From: Patescibacteria group bacterium
GTDB lineage: Bacteria; Patescibacteriota; Minisyncoccia; Phycocordibacterales; JAKAEA01
Assembly (NCBI GenBank): GCA_040387855.1
Contig: JAZKCY010000001.1
Span: forward strand, 317,857 to 381,856
Direction of reading: 5' to 3'
DNA length: 64,000 nucleotides
Shown: positions 40,606-50,536 of the stretch, in pieces
How the letters are laid out: every line of letters begins with the position of its first letter
How positions within the stretch are numbered: the stretch's first letter is position 1
Translations under genes and position numbers: made by a program
The notes under the pieces: generated by a model
The model's database searches: none
Told to the model about the DNA's origin: nothing
Seen by the model: only the letters and a program-made list of their open reading frames with translations

Positions 40606-40794
40606 ATGGCGAACATAATTCTTTTATCTGGAATAGCAATTCTGTCTTTTATGCTTATATTTGTAGGCAATTTGTCACGTATCACAAGTGATATGGCTGT
40701 GGCACGTCCGGGCTATGCCTTCTATTTTCCAATCACAACAATGATGCTCATGAGCATCGTGCTATCATTTATTTTCTGGATTTTACGCCGATAG
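40606..40794 (+). CDS. DUF2905-like small membrane protein
   Basis: FYFPITTMMLMSIVLS motif; ECF-type motif 40569-40594. Confidence 0.75.
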   Translation: MANIILLSGIAILSFMLIFVGNLSRITSDMAVARPGYAFYFPITTMMLMSIVLSFIFWILRR

Positions 40795-40812
40795 TCGTCT
40801 ACTATAGAACGT

Positions 40813-41958
40813 ATGTATAAAAAATTGCTCATCATTGGTGTTGCTGCTCTTTGTATGAGTTTGTTTGGTGTAGTTCAGATTCATGCTCAAGAAGAGTCTT
40901 CAGATGTGCAGGGTGTATGGAAAGCAAAAGTACTTGAGGTTACAAACCAGGAAACACGACTCGTTCCAGGTACTGATACACAGTCTACCTACCAAACTCT
41001 ACAAGTAGAAGTTTTGGAAGGGGAAAGAAAAGGCCAGATTATAACTATAGAAAATGATTTCCTAAAATTAGAAAAAGGGGATGCTTTCTTTATGAATTAT
41101 CTGAAGAAAGCAGATGGAACAGAATTATATTCTGTACGCGACATTGAGCGAAGGCCAACCATCTATTTTCTTATCGCACTTTTTGTTGCTGTGATAATCT
41201 CATTTGGCGGCAGACAGGGGATCCGCTCTTTAATTAGTCTTGCTGGTAGTTTACTTATTATTTTATATGTTTTATTGCCTGCGCTATTAAAAGGATACAA
41301 CCCCGTACTTATGAGTACTCTCATTGCTACATGTATTTTGTTTTTAGCAATTTATTTTACACATGGATTTAACAAGGAATCTACAGCTGCATTTCTAGGT
41401 ACTGTAATAGCAATTGTTGTAACTGGAATTCTTGCATCTCTTGCTGTGAGTGCTGCAAGCCTATCTGGCTTTGCTTCAGATGAGTCAGTGTTTCTAAATC
41501 TCACAACGAGGGGTACATTAAATATGCAGGGACTCTTATTGGGTGCAATCATTATTGGAGTGCTTGGAGTTCTTGATGATATCGCAATTACACAGGCGAC
41601 CGTTGTGAGAGAATTATATGGCACCGCACCACATTTAAAAAGATTGGAAATATACAAAATTGCAATTCGTGTAGGGAAAGAACACGTTGGAGCATTGGTA
41701 AACACACTTGCTCTTGCATATACAGGCGCGTCGCTACCGTTACTACTATTGTTCTCTTCAGGAAGTACATCTGTATCCATGATTTTAAATTATGAAATTT
41801 TTGCGACAGAAGTTATTCGAACAATTATAGGTAGTATCGGACTCATACTCACAGTTCCGATAGTAACTGGCTTAGCTGTTGTGCTCCTCGAGAAGACAAG
41901 AGGACAAAAGCCTCACCATGCACACGGTCACAGCCATTCTCATAATCACGTGCATTAG
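40813..41958 (+). CDS. YibE/F family membrane protein
   Basis: IGVLGVLDDIAITQ, LVNTLALAYTGASLP, EVIRTIIGSIG; His-rich tail. Confidence 0.9.
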   Translation: MYKKLLIIGVAALCMSLFGVVQIHAQEESSDVQGVWKAKVLEVTNQETRLVPGTDTQSTYQTLQVEVLEGERKGQIITIENDFLKLEKGDAFFMNYLKKADGTELYSVRDIERRPTIYFLIALFVAVIISFGGRQGIRSLISLAGSLLIILYVLLPALLKGYNPVLMSTLIATCILFLAIYFTHGFNKESTAAFLGTVIAIVVTGILASLAVSAASLSGFASDESVFLNLTTRGTLNMQGLLLGAIIIGVLGVLDDIAITQATVVRELYGTAPHLKRLEIYKIAIRVGKEHVGALVNTLALAYTGASLPLLLLFSSGSTSVSMILNYEIFATEVIRTIIGSIGLILTVPIVTGLAVVLLEKTRGQKPHHAHGHSHSHNHVH

Positions 41959-41992
41959 TGTATACTAGTAAAGTACTTATTAAACAAATTAC

Positions 41993-42145
41993 ATGGCATC
42001 AATAGCATATTGCATGAAGTGCAAAGAAAAGCGGGATATGAAAGATGAGAAGGAGGTAGAAATGAAAGGTGGCCGACGAGCATTACAGGGAGTATGTTCA
42101 AAGTGTGGCACTAAAATGTTTAAGATCTTAGGTAAGGCAAAATAA
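41993..42145 (+). CDS. DUF5679-like small Zn-ribbon protein, missing from ORF track
   Basis: MASIAYCMKCKEKRDM...GVCSKCGTKMFKILGKAK. Confidence 0.85.
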   Translation: MASIAYCMKCKEKRDMKDEKEVEMKGGRRALQGVCSKCGTKMFKILGKAK

Positions 42146-42327
42146 ACATTGAGATAGTAAAAATAAAAAGCACCCCGAAAATCTCGAGGGTGTTTTTTAT
42201 TGCCCAGATTGACTCTAAACTAATTGTGTCCTGTCACACATTTTTTCGAAAGATAGAGATACTTAAGCGTCTTAAGTATTATCGTAAACATGATTGTTTA
42301 TAGATTTTAAAAATAGAATTTTAAATT

Positions 42328-43200
42328 ATGACTAAAAAATTATTATCAGGAATGCTTGTTGTTACTTTGCTTGCTGCTGGAACAGCTGTAGCAACAGCTG
42401 ATACTTCAATGCATGGTTCAACAACAATGCAGACTCATTCAATTATGGTAGGTGATTATAAACATACGTTTAGTGCAAATCTTTCTGGAGGAATGGAAGT
42501 GCCACCTGTAACTACTCAGGGAATGGGTACTAGTGAATTTCATGTGTCAGGAGATGAGCGAACGATTCACTATAAGCTAGGAGTACACAATCTTTCATCT
42601 CCAGTTACAGGAGCTCATCTTCATTGCGCACCTATGGGACAAAATGGGCCTGTTGTTGTTCCATTAGCAAATCCAATGGGATCAACGACACATATGATGT
42701 CTGAAGGAATGATTACTGAATCTCAAATAACAGCAGCATCAGCAGCATGTAGTCCAAATATTCGCACCGCATCACATCTAGTACAGGCAATGCGGGAAGG
42801 ACAGATGTATGTAAATGTTCATACTGAATTACATCCCAGCGGCGAAGTGAGAGGTCAATTAATGCTTCAAGATGGAAAGGCAAGTCCAGTATATTCTCAT
42901 GATGATCATATGAAAATGTATAAAGATGGATACTCTATGATGAAAGAAGGTTATTCTTGGATGAGTAATCCAGACAAAATGTACGAAGGATATATGATGA
43001 TGCACAAGGGCTATATGCATATGCATGATTCATACAAGCACGTTGATGCTGATCATCATGCAATGATGACAGAGGCTCATACTTGGATGCTCAGTGCACA
43101 TCAAAAGATGCTCGATCATTATAATGCAATGCACAATTCTCTTATGATGCATTCACCAATGATGCATGCAACGTCTACTGCCACAACAACATCAATGTAG
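42328..43200 (+). CDS. Secreted CHRD-domain protein with Met/His-rich tail
   Basis: Signal peptide; LSGGMEVPPV, AHLH, YVNVHT..PSGEVRGQL. Confidence 0.88.
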   Translation: MTKKLLSGMLVVTLLAAGTAVATADTSMHGSTTMQTHSIMVGDYKHTFSANLSGGMEVPPVTTQGMGTSEFHVSGDERTIHYKLGVHNLSSPVTGAHLHCAPMGQNGPVVVPLANPMGSTTHMMSEGMITESQITAASAACSPNIRTASHLVQAMREGQMYVNVHTELHPSGEVRGQLMLQDGKASPVYSHDDHMKMYKDGYSMMKEGYSWMSNPDKMYEGYMMMHKGYMHMHDSYKHVDADHHAMMTEAHTWMLSAHQKMLDHYNAMHNSLMMHSPMMHATSTATTTSM

Positions 43201-43224
43201 TCTATTCCAATAACTGTTTGAAAC

Positions 43225-43257
43225 AATAAAACCTCAGAAAACTTCTGAGGTTTTATT
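43225..43257. terminator. Intrinsic terminator
   Basis: aataaaacctcagaa/ttctgaggttttatt inverted repeat. Confidence 0.75.
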
Positions 43258-43303
43258 ATGTGTATATATGATAAAATGTAGCTAAAGTTTCTATAAAATT
43301 ATT

Positions 43304-43828
43304 ATGAAGAAATCTGCACTCATTACTTTTTTTGCTTTCATAGCTGCATTTATTACTCTTTTGGCTAGGGAAGCTATAAGCCCTACCGCTTCTCCACAAA
43401 CTCTTCCTGCAAGTGTGTACAATGTGGTTCAAGTGGTAGATGGAGATACTATTAAAGTAGAAATAGACGGAACAAAGCAAACATTACGATTGATAGGCAT
43501 TAACACTCCTGAAACTGTGGACCCACGAAAGCCAGTAGAATGCTTTGGTAGGGAAGCATCAAACAAAGCAAAAGAATTGCTTGCTAATCAAAATGTAAAA
43601 ATTGTCGCTGATCCCACTCAAGACGAGCGAGATAAATATGATAGGTTGTTGCGATATGTATATTTAGAAGATGGAACAAATTTTAATAAACTCATGATTG
43701 AGCAAGGATATGCATATGAGTATACCTACGATGTTCCGTATCAGTATCAAGAAGATTTCAAAGCTGCTCAGCGATATGCCCAACAAAATAAATTGGGATT
43801 ATGGGGTGCTACTTGTTCTCAAAACTAG
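43304..43828 (+). CDS. Thermonuclease (SNase) family protein
   Basis: VVDGDT, RLIGINTPE, DKYDRLLRYV, KLGLW. Confidence 0.93.
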   Translation: MKKSALITFFAFIAAFITLLAREAISPTASPQTLPASVYNVVQVVDGDTIKVEIDGTKQTLRLIGINTPETVDPRKPVECFGREASNKAKELLANQNVKIVADPTQDERDKYDRLLRYVYLEDGTNFNKLMIEQGYAYEYTYDVPYQYQEDFKAAQRYAQQNKLGLWGATCSQN

Positions 43829-44618
43829 TTGCCATATAATGTGATTCTCCTGGTTCTTCATGTCCATGGTTTACAAATGTACCGATGGTAAACATGAGTG
43901 CAATACCTAAAATTAAAGAAACTATATGGATACTAAGATGATCATGTTTTCGTACTGAATCAATAGTGTGGGGAAGGAGATCTCGTAGTACTACATAAAT
44001 GAAACTTCCTGCAGCAAGGCCTAGCAATGGCAACTGGAATTGTTCAACAGCTGATACAAAGAATGTGAGAACAACACCAATAATTATAGTTCCAGAAATA
44101 AAGAAGTTACGAATAAGAGCTTGTCGGGAAGTGTATCCTGCCTCTTTAAGAATAAAAAATTCTGATGTTTCTTGAGCAAGTTCATGGATCAAAATTGCTA
44201 GAGCAGTAGTTATACCTACATAGGTACTAACTAAAAATGCAGTAGTAAGGAGAATGCCGTCGCCAATATTATGAAGTGCATCACCAATTTGTAATCGTCG
44301 AGCATCGATATGTGTGTGCTCATGATCGTGTTCAAGTGTGTCGTGATGGTGGTGAGTATCAGGAATTAATCTACTTGCAATCTCAACAACTAAAATTCCA
44401 GCTATCATCCACAAAAATACTGTACTTACTGATGAAGATTCATGAAGTACTTCTTCAACAAGTTGATAAATAATTACAAGAAACACACCCATTGAGAAGG
44501 TGATAAGGAATCGCAAATTATGTTGGAGCCAATTGTGTAATCGTGCAGAAAGAAAAATTCCTCCAATGAGAGATCCACACATAATAGCTACAACCGAGAG
44601 TGCAACTGGAATTATCAT
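43809..44618 (-). CDS. ZIP family metal transporter
   Basis: His-rich loop, GDALHNIGDG, HELAQE; start moved to 44618. Confidence 0.9.
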   Translation of the reverse strand: MIIPVALSVVAIMCGSLIGGIFLSARLHNWLQHNLRFLITFSMGVFLVIIYQLVEEVLHESSSVSTVFLWMIAGILVVEIASRLIPDTHHHHDTLEHDHEHTHIDARRLQIGDALHNIGDGILLTTAFLVSTYVGITTALAILIHELAQETSEFFILKEAGYTSRQALIRNFFISGTIIIGVVLTFFVSAVEQFQLPLLGLAAGSFIYVVLRDLLPHTIDSVRKHDHLSIHIVSLILGIALMFTIGTFVNHGHEEPGESHYMATSFENK

Positions 44619-44649
44619 ATAAACTCGAGTATATTCCAATTCATAAATT

Positions 44650-44668
44650 AATGCAAGTAAATTGCATT
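44650..44668. promoter_or_regulatory. Candidate Fur/Zur-family operator
   Basis: AATGCAA-N5-TTGCATT upstream of the ZIP gene; near-identical copy at 47301-47319. Confidence 0.55.
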
Positions 44669-45480
44669 TAGACTGAGCACTGAGATAGTGATCCAGATTC
44701 AAAACCTCGATTAAATGAAGTGACCCGTTGTTCTGATGAACCGTGTGTCCAACTTTCTGGATTGGTTCTGCCTGTTGTTGCCTTTTGTATACGATCATCT
44801 CCAACCGCAGCTGCTGCATCAAGTGCTTCATTTATTTCACCCGGTGAGAATATTCCTAAGTCTTTTATTGAATGAGCCCACATTCCTGCATAACAGTCTG
44901 CTTGAAGTTCTGTTGCAACAGATTCAGCATTTGATTCACGTTCATTTAAACTCCCTAATATATTTTGTACATGATGACCGACTTCATGAGAGATAACATA
45001 TGCTTCAGCTACATCTCCACCTTGAGCTCCAAGTCGAGAACTAAGTTCTTCAAAAAAAGTTTCGTCTAAATAAATAGTGCCATCCAAAGGACAGTAATGT
45101 GGTCCTACTCGTGCATCTGCACCACCACACTCTGATTGTGTTGATCCTCTGAAAAGTACCAGTGTTGGTTCTTGATATGTACGATTGTTTTCGGCAAATA
45201 TTCGTTTCCACATATCATTGTTTGAACCCAATACTGTTGATGCAAATACTTCATAACTATCCGCTCCTTCAAAATCCTGAGCGTTGTATGTTTGCTGTTG
45301 CTGAAGCTGGTTTGGATCTATTTGTGTTATAACGTCAGTTACATCACCTCCATTAAGTAATGTAAAAATTATTCCAATAATTAGGCCCGTAATTCCTAAA
45401 CCTCCTCCAATAGCCGCTGGCCCCATTGCGCGTCTATCTTGAACATTCCCACGTGATGATACTTTATCCCATAATGCCAT
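44668..45480 (-). CDS. YpfJ-like neutral zinc metallopeptidase
   Basis: NVQDRR, GPHYCP, HEVGHHVQ, ELQADCYAG, THGSSEQR. Confidence 0.92.
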   Translation of the reverse strand: MALWDKVSSRGNVQDRRAMGPAAIGGGLGITGLIIGIIFTLLNGGDVTDVITQIDPNQLQQQQTYNAQDFEGADSYEVFASTVLGSNNDMWKRIFAENNRTYQEPTLVLFRGSTQSECGGADARVGPHYCPLDGTIYLDETFFEELSSRLGAQGGDVAEAYVISHEVGHHVQNILGSLNERESNAESVATELQADCYAGMWAHSIKDLGIFSPGEINEALDAAAAVGDDRIQKATTGRTNPESWTHGSSEQRVTSFNRGFESGSLSQCSV

Positions 45481-45527
45481 ATAGATATATAGACAGATTT
45501 TTTGTCTAAGAATTACACACGGGCTAA

Positions 45528-47195
45528 TTATTCTGCGAGCGGTAGAGTGAAGTAGAACGTTGAGCCTTTTCCTTTAATACTTTTAACCCATAATCTTCCT
45601 CCTTGATTCACTATAATTTCATTACAAATGTAGAGACCTAAGCCAAGTCCTGGATATGTTTTTAATTCAGGAGTATTTATTTGATAGAACCGTGTAAAGA
45701 TTTTATCTTGATGATCTTTATCAATTCCAATACCAAAATCTTGAACACCTACAATCAATTCTTTGTTTTTTTTCTTAATCTCAACAATGATTTTGTTTGC
45801 ATGCGGAGAATACTTAATCCCATTGGTTAGAAAATTAATTATTACCTGGCGCACTCTATCTTTGTCGGCAAATACTTTTGAAGAATCAGCAGTTCTGACA
45901 GTGATTTTATGAGTAGCTGTTGTCGCTTGTACATCTGTCACTACATCAGTCAATAAATTCTTAAGAGAGAACTGAGACTTTTTGTATTCTAATTTACCTT
46001 TTTGGACTCGAGTAATATCCAAAAGATCAACTATAAGTTTGGTAAGTCTATCAAGTTGTTCTTCTATTCGAGTGGCAAACATATGACCTTTTGCATCATT
46101 TTTGTCTTTAAAATGTTGATTCAAAACATGAGAAAACATTTTAAGTGAAGTTACTGGAGTCTTAAGCTCGTGACTTACAAGAGCAACGAAATCTTCTTTT
46201 TGTTGGTCTGCCAATTTCTTTTCTGTAATATCACGACCAATAGCAGATGCTCCAATAATATTACCCTTAGTATCTTTAATGGGTGATACTGTAAGAGATA
46301 CAAAAATTTCTTTTCCAGATTTATGAAAACGACGTGTTTCATAGTGTTGGATACGTTGACCCTTTTTTATGCAGCTAATTATATATTCCTCATCCTTATG
46401 AAGTGATGGGGGGATTAAAAAAGTAACATGCTTACCTATAATTTCTGAGTCTTTATAGCCATACATTTTTTCTGCTCCACGATTCCAGCTCGTAATTACT
46501 CCGTTCAAATCTTTACTCGTAATTGCATCGCTTGATGATTCAACAATTGCCGCGAGTCTCTTCTGAGCAAAATATGCTTCTTCAAGTTCTATCGTTCGAT
46601 TTTCAAGATCAACCTGAATCTTTTTTTCATCAGTAATGTCTTGAGCTGTTCCAATCATCTTAACAACTCTGCCTTTTCTGTCTTTTATAACTCTGCCTAT
46701 GCCTCGCACATATCTAATAGAACCATTTTTTCGAAATACACGGTGATAGAGAAGATATGGCTTTTTTGCTTTAAATGCCGTTTCAATTATTTTTTTTATT
46801 TCTGCTTGATCTTCGGGATGAATGAGAGATATATACTCATCAAAAGTTGGATTGTGTTTTGAGACGGGGAGATCAAATATCTTAAATAATTGAGGTGACC
46901 ATATAATAGTGTTGGCTAAAACATCCCATTGCCAGTTACCAAGCTTAGCTGTTGTTTGGGCTAGCTGAAGTTCATTGTTTACAGATTCAATTGTTGCAAT
47001 CTTTTCATGAATTACTTCTGTCATCAATTGAATACCTGTATACAATTCTGTGAATTCATCATCATTATCAGGAAGAGTGATTTTAGTAGAAAAATCACCA
47101 ATTGCCGCTTTTGCAAAGAGGGGGCGAAGCTTTTTTAATTGTTTTTGAACATTTTTCTTGTAATGTTCTAGTCCGGGATCTTTCATTATTTCCAT
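45528..47195 (-). CDS. PAS-PAS sensor histidine kinase
   Basis: Two PAS domains, VSHELKTP, NGIKYS, GLGLGL. Confidence 0.92.
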   Translation of the reverse strand: MEIMKDPGLEHYKKNVQKQLKKLRPLFAKAAIGDFSTKITLPDNDDEFTELYTGIQLMTEVIHEKIATIESVNNELQLAQTTAKLGNWQWDVLANTIIWSPQLFKIFDLPVSKHNPTFDEYISLIHPEDQAEIKKIIETAFKAKKPYLLYHRVFRKNGSIRYVRGIGRVIKDRKGRVVKMIGTAQDITDEKKIQVDLENRTIELEEAYFAQKRLAAIVESSSDAITSKDLNGVITSWNRGAEKMYGYKDSEIIGKHVTFLIPPSLHKDEEYIISCIKKGQRIQHYETRRFHKSGKEIFVSLTVSPIKDTKGNIIGASAIGRDITEKKLADQQKEDFVALVSHELKTPVTSLKMFSHVLNQHFKDKNDAKGHMFATRIEEQLDRLTKLIVDLLDITRVQKGKLEYKKSQFSLKNLLTDVVTDVQATTATHKITVRTADSSKVFADKDRVRQVIINFLTNGIKYSPHANKIIVEIKKKNKELIVGVQDFGIGIDKDHQDKIFTRFYQINTPELKTYPGLGLGLYICNEIIVNQGGRLWVKSIKGKGSTFYFTLPLAE

Positions 47196-47300
47196 TCAAT
47201 TATATATGTAGTACTGCCATCAGGATTGCTATATGACTCTACTTTACCTTGAAGTCAAAAATTCTCCAACATTGAACTGATAAAGCTCTTTGTATTATTA

Positions 47301-47319
47301 ATTGCAAATTAGTTGCATT
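47301..47319. promoter_or_regulatory. Candidate autoregulatory Fur-family operator
   Basis: ATTGCAA-N5-TTGCATT just upstream of the fur-family gene. Confidence 0.55.
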
Positions 47320-47335
47320 GTGGTAGTGTGCATAT

Positions 47336-47752
47336 ATGAAGCATGATTTCAGTACTATTTTAAAGAATAAGAAGTTTAAAGTTACTCCAGCTCGAGTGGC
47401 TATTCTTGAGGTGTTCTCAAAAGAATGTAAACCAGTAAATGCAGAGGAGATTTTTGATAGTGTGAAAGATACAAAGATAGATCAGGTAACGGTTTATAGA
47501 ACGCTAAATTCGTTTGAAGAAACAGGTATTTTAAAAAGAGTAGATCTTCGAAAAGGATCTGCCTATTATGAACTTAATAGTGCTCAGCACCACCATCATA
47601 TTGTGTGTACTATTTGTGGAACTATTGAAGGTTTTGATATGTGTTCTGTTGAAAAGATTTCAAAAGAAGTATTGAATACCTCTAAAAAGTTTAAAACTAT
47701 TTCAGATCACTCACTTGAATTGTTTGGAAGTTGTACAAAATGCAGCAAATAA
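47336..47752 (+). CDS. Fur-family transcriptional regulator (Zur/PerR-like)
   Basis: TVYRTL, HHHHIVCTICG, CTKC. Confidence 0.93.
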   Translation: MKHDFSTILKNKKFKVTPARVAILEVFSKECKPVNAEEIFDSVKDTKIDQVTVYRTLNSFEETGILKRVDLRKGSAYYELNSAQHHHHIVCTICGTIEGFDMCSVEKISKEVLNTSKKFKTISDHSLELFGSCTKCSK

Positions 47753-47767
47753 AAAACTAGCCATCGG

Positions 47768-48145
47768 CTAGCGGTTTGGGTCGCCCTGCATCTCTTCGGT
47801 CACGAGTGTGATTGTGACAAACTCGAGATCTGGTACTGGCGATGTCACTTCGGCGCAGTGTACGTCGAAGTTGAACAGGGCTGTTTCCGACTGAGGGAAT
47901 CTTCGGTCCCTCCACCACTTTGCTGCTTCAGGAGCGGACTGTTCTAAAGCATTGATCGCATCGACCTGACGGACGATGTACCCTGGTTTGGGACCCAAGG
48001 ACTTGCCATCGACTACTCCCGAAACGCCGAAGCCAATCCGGTCGAAGGCGATGCATGGCATCTCCACACCCACCCATTGGATCCGGATTATTACTGGGGC
48101 TTGACCATCGGGTGTTTCCACGATGACGATCTTTCCTGTAATCAC
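47768..48145 (-). CDS. Hypothetical protein (GC-rich, SD-led class)
   Basis: PDGQAP..IRIQWVG...PEAAKWW; SD AAAGGAA upstream, best spaced to an in-frame ATA at 48160. Confidence 0.7.
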   Translation of the reverse strand: MITGKIVIVETPDGQAPVIIRIQWVGVEMPCIAFDRIGFGVSGVVDGKSLGPKPGYIVRQVDAINALEQSAPEAAKWWRDRRFPQSETALFNFDVHCAEVTSPVPDLEFVTITLVTEEMQGDPNR

Positions 48146-48226
48146 TGGATTGTCGGGTATGACGAGTTCCTTTCTTTTGTACGAGTATGATTACAATAGT
48201 ACTCAGCACTATATAAAACGCAAGGA

Positions 48227-49999
48227 TTATTTTAATTGGATAGTTTTACTTAAATTTATTTTTCCTAAAACATGTAATTCTGTTATTGCACGGGTAAGGG
48301 CAACATAGAGTAAATCTTTTTTGATACGGGTTAACTCTTCATTTTGATTATGAGTAGTAATAGAATCATCAATTCCAACAATACAGACAATATCAAACTC
48401 GACTCCTTGTGATTCTCGCATCGTAAGAATGTGCACGTTAGAATTGCTTTTAAATTCAGAAATAAAAGGGGAGAGATATTCTGGGTTTTGAGCAAGAATA
48501 CCAATGCTTTGTTCTGGATACTTTTCTATCAAGCTTTTAATATAATCTATTTCTTCTGCATTGCTTTGCATAACTAACTCACTCACATCTGGGCCTGATT
48601 TAATTTGTTCTGGAATAGAAATGTCATATCCCAATTTCTGAATATAATTCAGAATATTTTTAGTATTTCTATATACTTTCTTTAATAGTACTTGTTTCTC
48701 ATCTGGAATAGCTTCACCGATCTGTTCCCATGAACGTATTGTCCCAAGCTGAATTTGCTGGGCCATGTCTCCCACATACACTATAGACTGGGTCTCTTTT
48801 GCTAGAGTGCTTTTAAAAAGACTAAGCTGTTCTGGTAAATAGTTTTGGAATTCATCTACTAATGCGAAAGAATATTCAGCTACAGTTTTTTCTTTTCTGA
48901 ATGCTAGTTTCTTATCTTTGTGCTTTCCCTTTAAGCATTGTAAAAGTAAGGTGAGGTCAAAGCGATCTAGTTTCTTTTCTTTCTTTTGTTGAGCAAATAA
49001 CTTCAGAGCTTCGACCGATAGTTTTTCTGAGTAGATTTGATTGAGTGTCGTAAATGGTTTTGCATTGAATGCGAGCTCGGGTTTTGATCTCAAGATCTGA
49101 AGCTTTTCAAATTCATATGCATCACGTTGTTGTTCTGTGGATCCAAATCTAATAGCATATGAATACTCTTGAGAATCTAGATCTAAAACAGTAAAAGCCC
49201 ATTCTGAGAATGTAGTAATATGCACGCCTTTAATACCTAGCTCAGGAAGAAGATGTGAAAAGTAATCTTTTGTGCCGTTATCTTGCACTAGAATAATAAT
49301 AGAACGTTCAGGATAAAGTTGAGATGTGTCTGGTGCTTGTACGAGATATGCTACTCGGTGAAAGGCGAGTGTTGTTTTTCCTGATCCCGCAGGTCCTGCA
49401 ATAACTAAAGGTCCCTTGTGATGAGCTCTGATAACTTGATCCTGAGCTTTTTCCATTTGGGCCACAATTTCAGGAAGCATGAATCCTGATTTTCTGTTTG
49501 AGAAATGTTCTTGGTGAATAAGTTCACGAGGTGTACCTAAAGATTCTTTCGCAAAAAATATTACATTACCATCTACAATCATATACTGTTCTTTATCTTC
49601 GAGTAATGCATGTTTTTTTGTACCGTCTGGAAGTGTATAGAAAACAGGTCCTGGTTCTTCAAATCTGATAGATGCTACTGGCGCAACCCATGAATATATT
49701 TTTTCGTCACTCAAATGAAATTTTGCAAATCGGTATTCCACTTTTTCACCTGAATCTTTGAGGGTGAGATTTACTTTTATGAAGTAAGGAGAGTTATAAA
49801 GATGATCGAGTTCTTCAACCCGTTTTTCAAACTGAGCTTTAAGTGCCCAGTAGGTAACTTGATCTTCTCGAGCCAATCCTTTGATTGCAGACATGGGTAA
49901 ACTGCTTCTATCAAATGCTGCTTTTCGAGCATCTACAATTTTAGTTCTAATAAACTCGATGTGGTTTTTAAGCTTGTGTAGTAAGGTTTCTTTACTCAT
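48227..49999 (-). CDS. HelD-like SF1 helicase/ATPase
   Basis: SPYF, SWVAPVAS, QDQVIR..GPAGSGKTTLAFHRVAYL, DEFQN, GDMAQ, QGVEFD, YVALTRA. Confidence 0.85.
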   Translation of the reverse strand: MSKETLLHKLKNHIEFIRTKIVDARKAAFDRSSLPMSAIKGLAREDQVTYWALKAQFEKRVEELDHLYNSPYFIKVNLTLKDSGEKVEYRFAKFHLSDEKIYSWVAPVASIRFEEPGPVFYTLPDGTKKHALLEDKEQYMIVDGNVIFFAKESLGTPRELIHQEHFSNRKSGFMLPEIVAQMEKAQDQVIRAHHKGPLVIAGPAGSGKTTLAFHRVAYLVQAPDTSQLYPERSIIILVQDNGTKDYFSHLLPELGIKGVHITTFSEWAFTVLDLDSQEYSYAIRFGSTEQQRDAYEFEKLQILRSKPELAFNAKPFTTLNQIYSEKLSVEALKLFAQQKKEKKLDRFDLTLLLQCLKGKHKDKKLAFRKEKTVAEYSFALVDEFQNYLPEQLSLFKSTLAKETQSIVYVGDMAQQIQLGTIRSWEQIGEAIPDEKQVLLKKVYRNTKNILNYIQKLGYDISIPEQIKSGPDVSELVMQSNAEEIDYIKSLIEKYPEQSIGILAQNPEYLSPFISEFKSNSNVHILTMRESQGVEFDIVCIVGIDDSITTHNQNEELTRIKKDLLYVALTRAITELHVLGKINLSKTIQLK

Positions 50000-50029
50000 G
50001 ATTGTGATTTTTACATAAACAAAAAACCG

Positions 50030-50098
50030 CTAGTCGCGGTTCTTTCCAAATGGCCTGCTCAACGAGAGGTGTTTATGTGGTTTATAATTCCCAAACAT
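50030..50098 (-). promoter_or_regulatory. Leader peptide/attenuator upstream of the HelD-like gene
   Basis: 22-aa uORF MFGNYKPHKHLSLSRPFGKNRD ending in the aaccgc/gcggtt+T-run terminator. Confidence 0.5.
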
Positions 50099-50130
50099 AT
50101 GAAGGTTTTATAGTACTGCTTATTTAAGAA

Positions 50131-50535
50131 TTACGCAAGTTTGCACTTTTCTGCAACGAGCCGCATGAGCTGTTCATCACCAGCTTCGGTGAGTCCAGAA
50201 AAAGAAAGAATATAGTCACCAGCTCGAATAGCTCCACCTGTCTGATCTTTTTCTGGATTGCGTGTTTCAAAGCTTGTCATAATATGCGTGGGAGAATTTA
50301 GAAGTCTAAATGCTTTCTCCTGACTCATATTCATCCAGCGTTCTTTTTTATTTTGTGGAACTAATCCTACTGCTTGAAGTATAAGAGGAGATTGATCTTT
50401 TGATTCTGGATTATTTTTAAGTACACATAAAAAGCCGCTTGATCGATGTTGATCTGGTGCTCGGTTTTTATTTACAGACTCTAGAAATTCTTGAGAGCTT
50501 AGAATTTCAGATGTAGTGTTAATTATTTCTTGCAT
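50131..50535 (-). CDS. Hypothetical protein (weak GlcG/heme-binding-like C-terminus)
   Basis: GGAIRAGDYILSFSGL..DE. Confidence 0.6.
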   Translation of the reverse strand: MQEIINTTSEILSSQEFLESVNKNRAPDQHRSSGFLCVLKNNPESKDQSPLILQAVGLVPQNKKERWMNMSQEKAFRLLNSPTHIMTSFETRNPEKDQTGGAIRAGDYILSFSGLTEAGDEQLMRLVAEKCKLA

Positions 50536-50536
50536 A

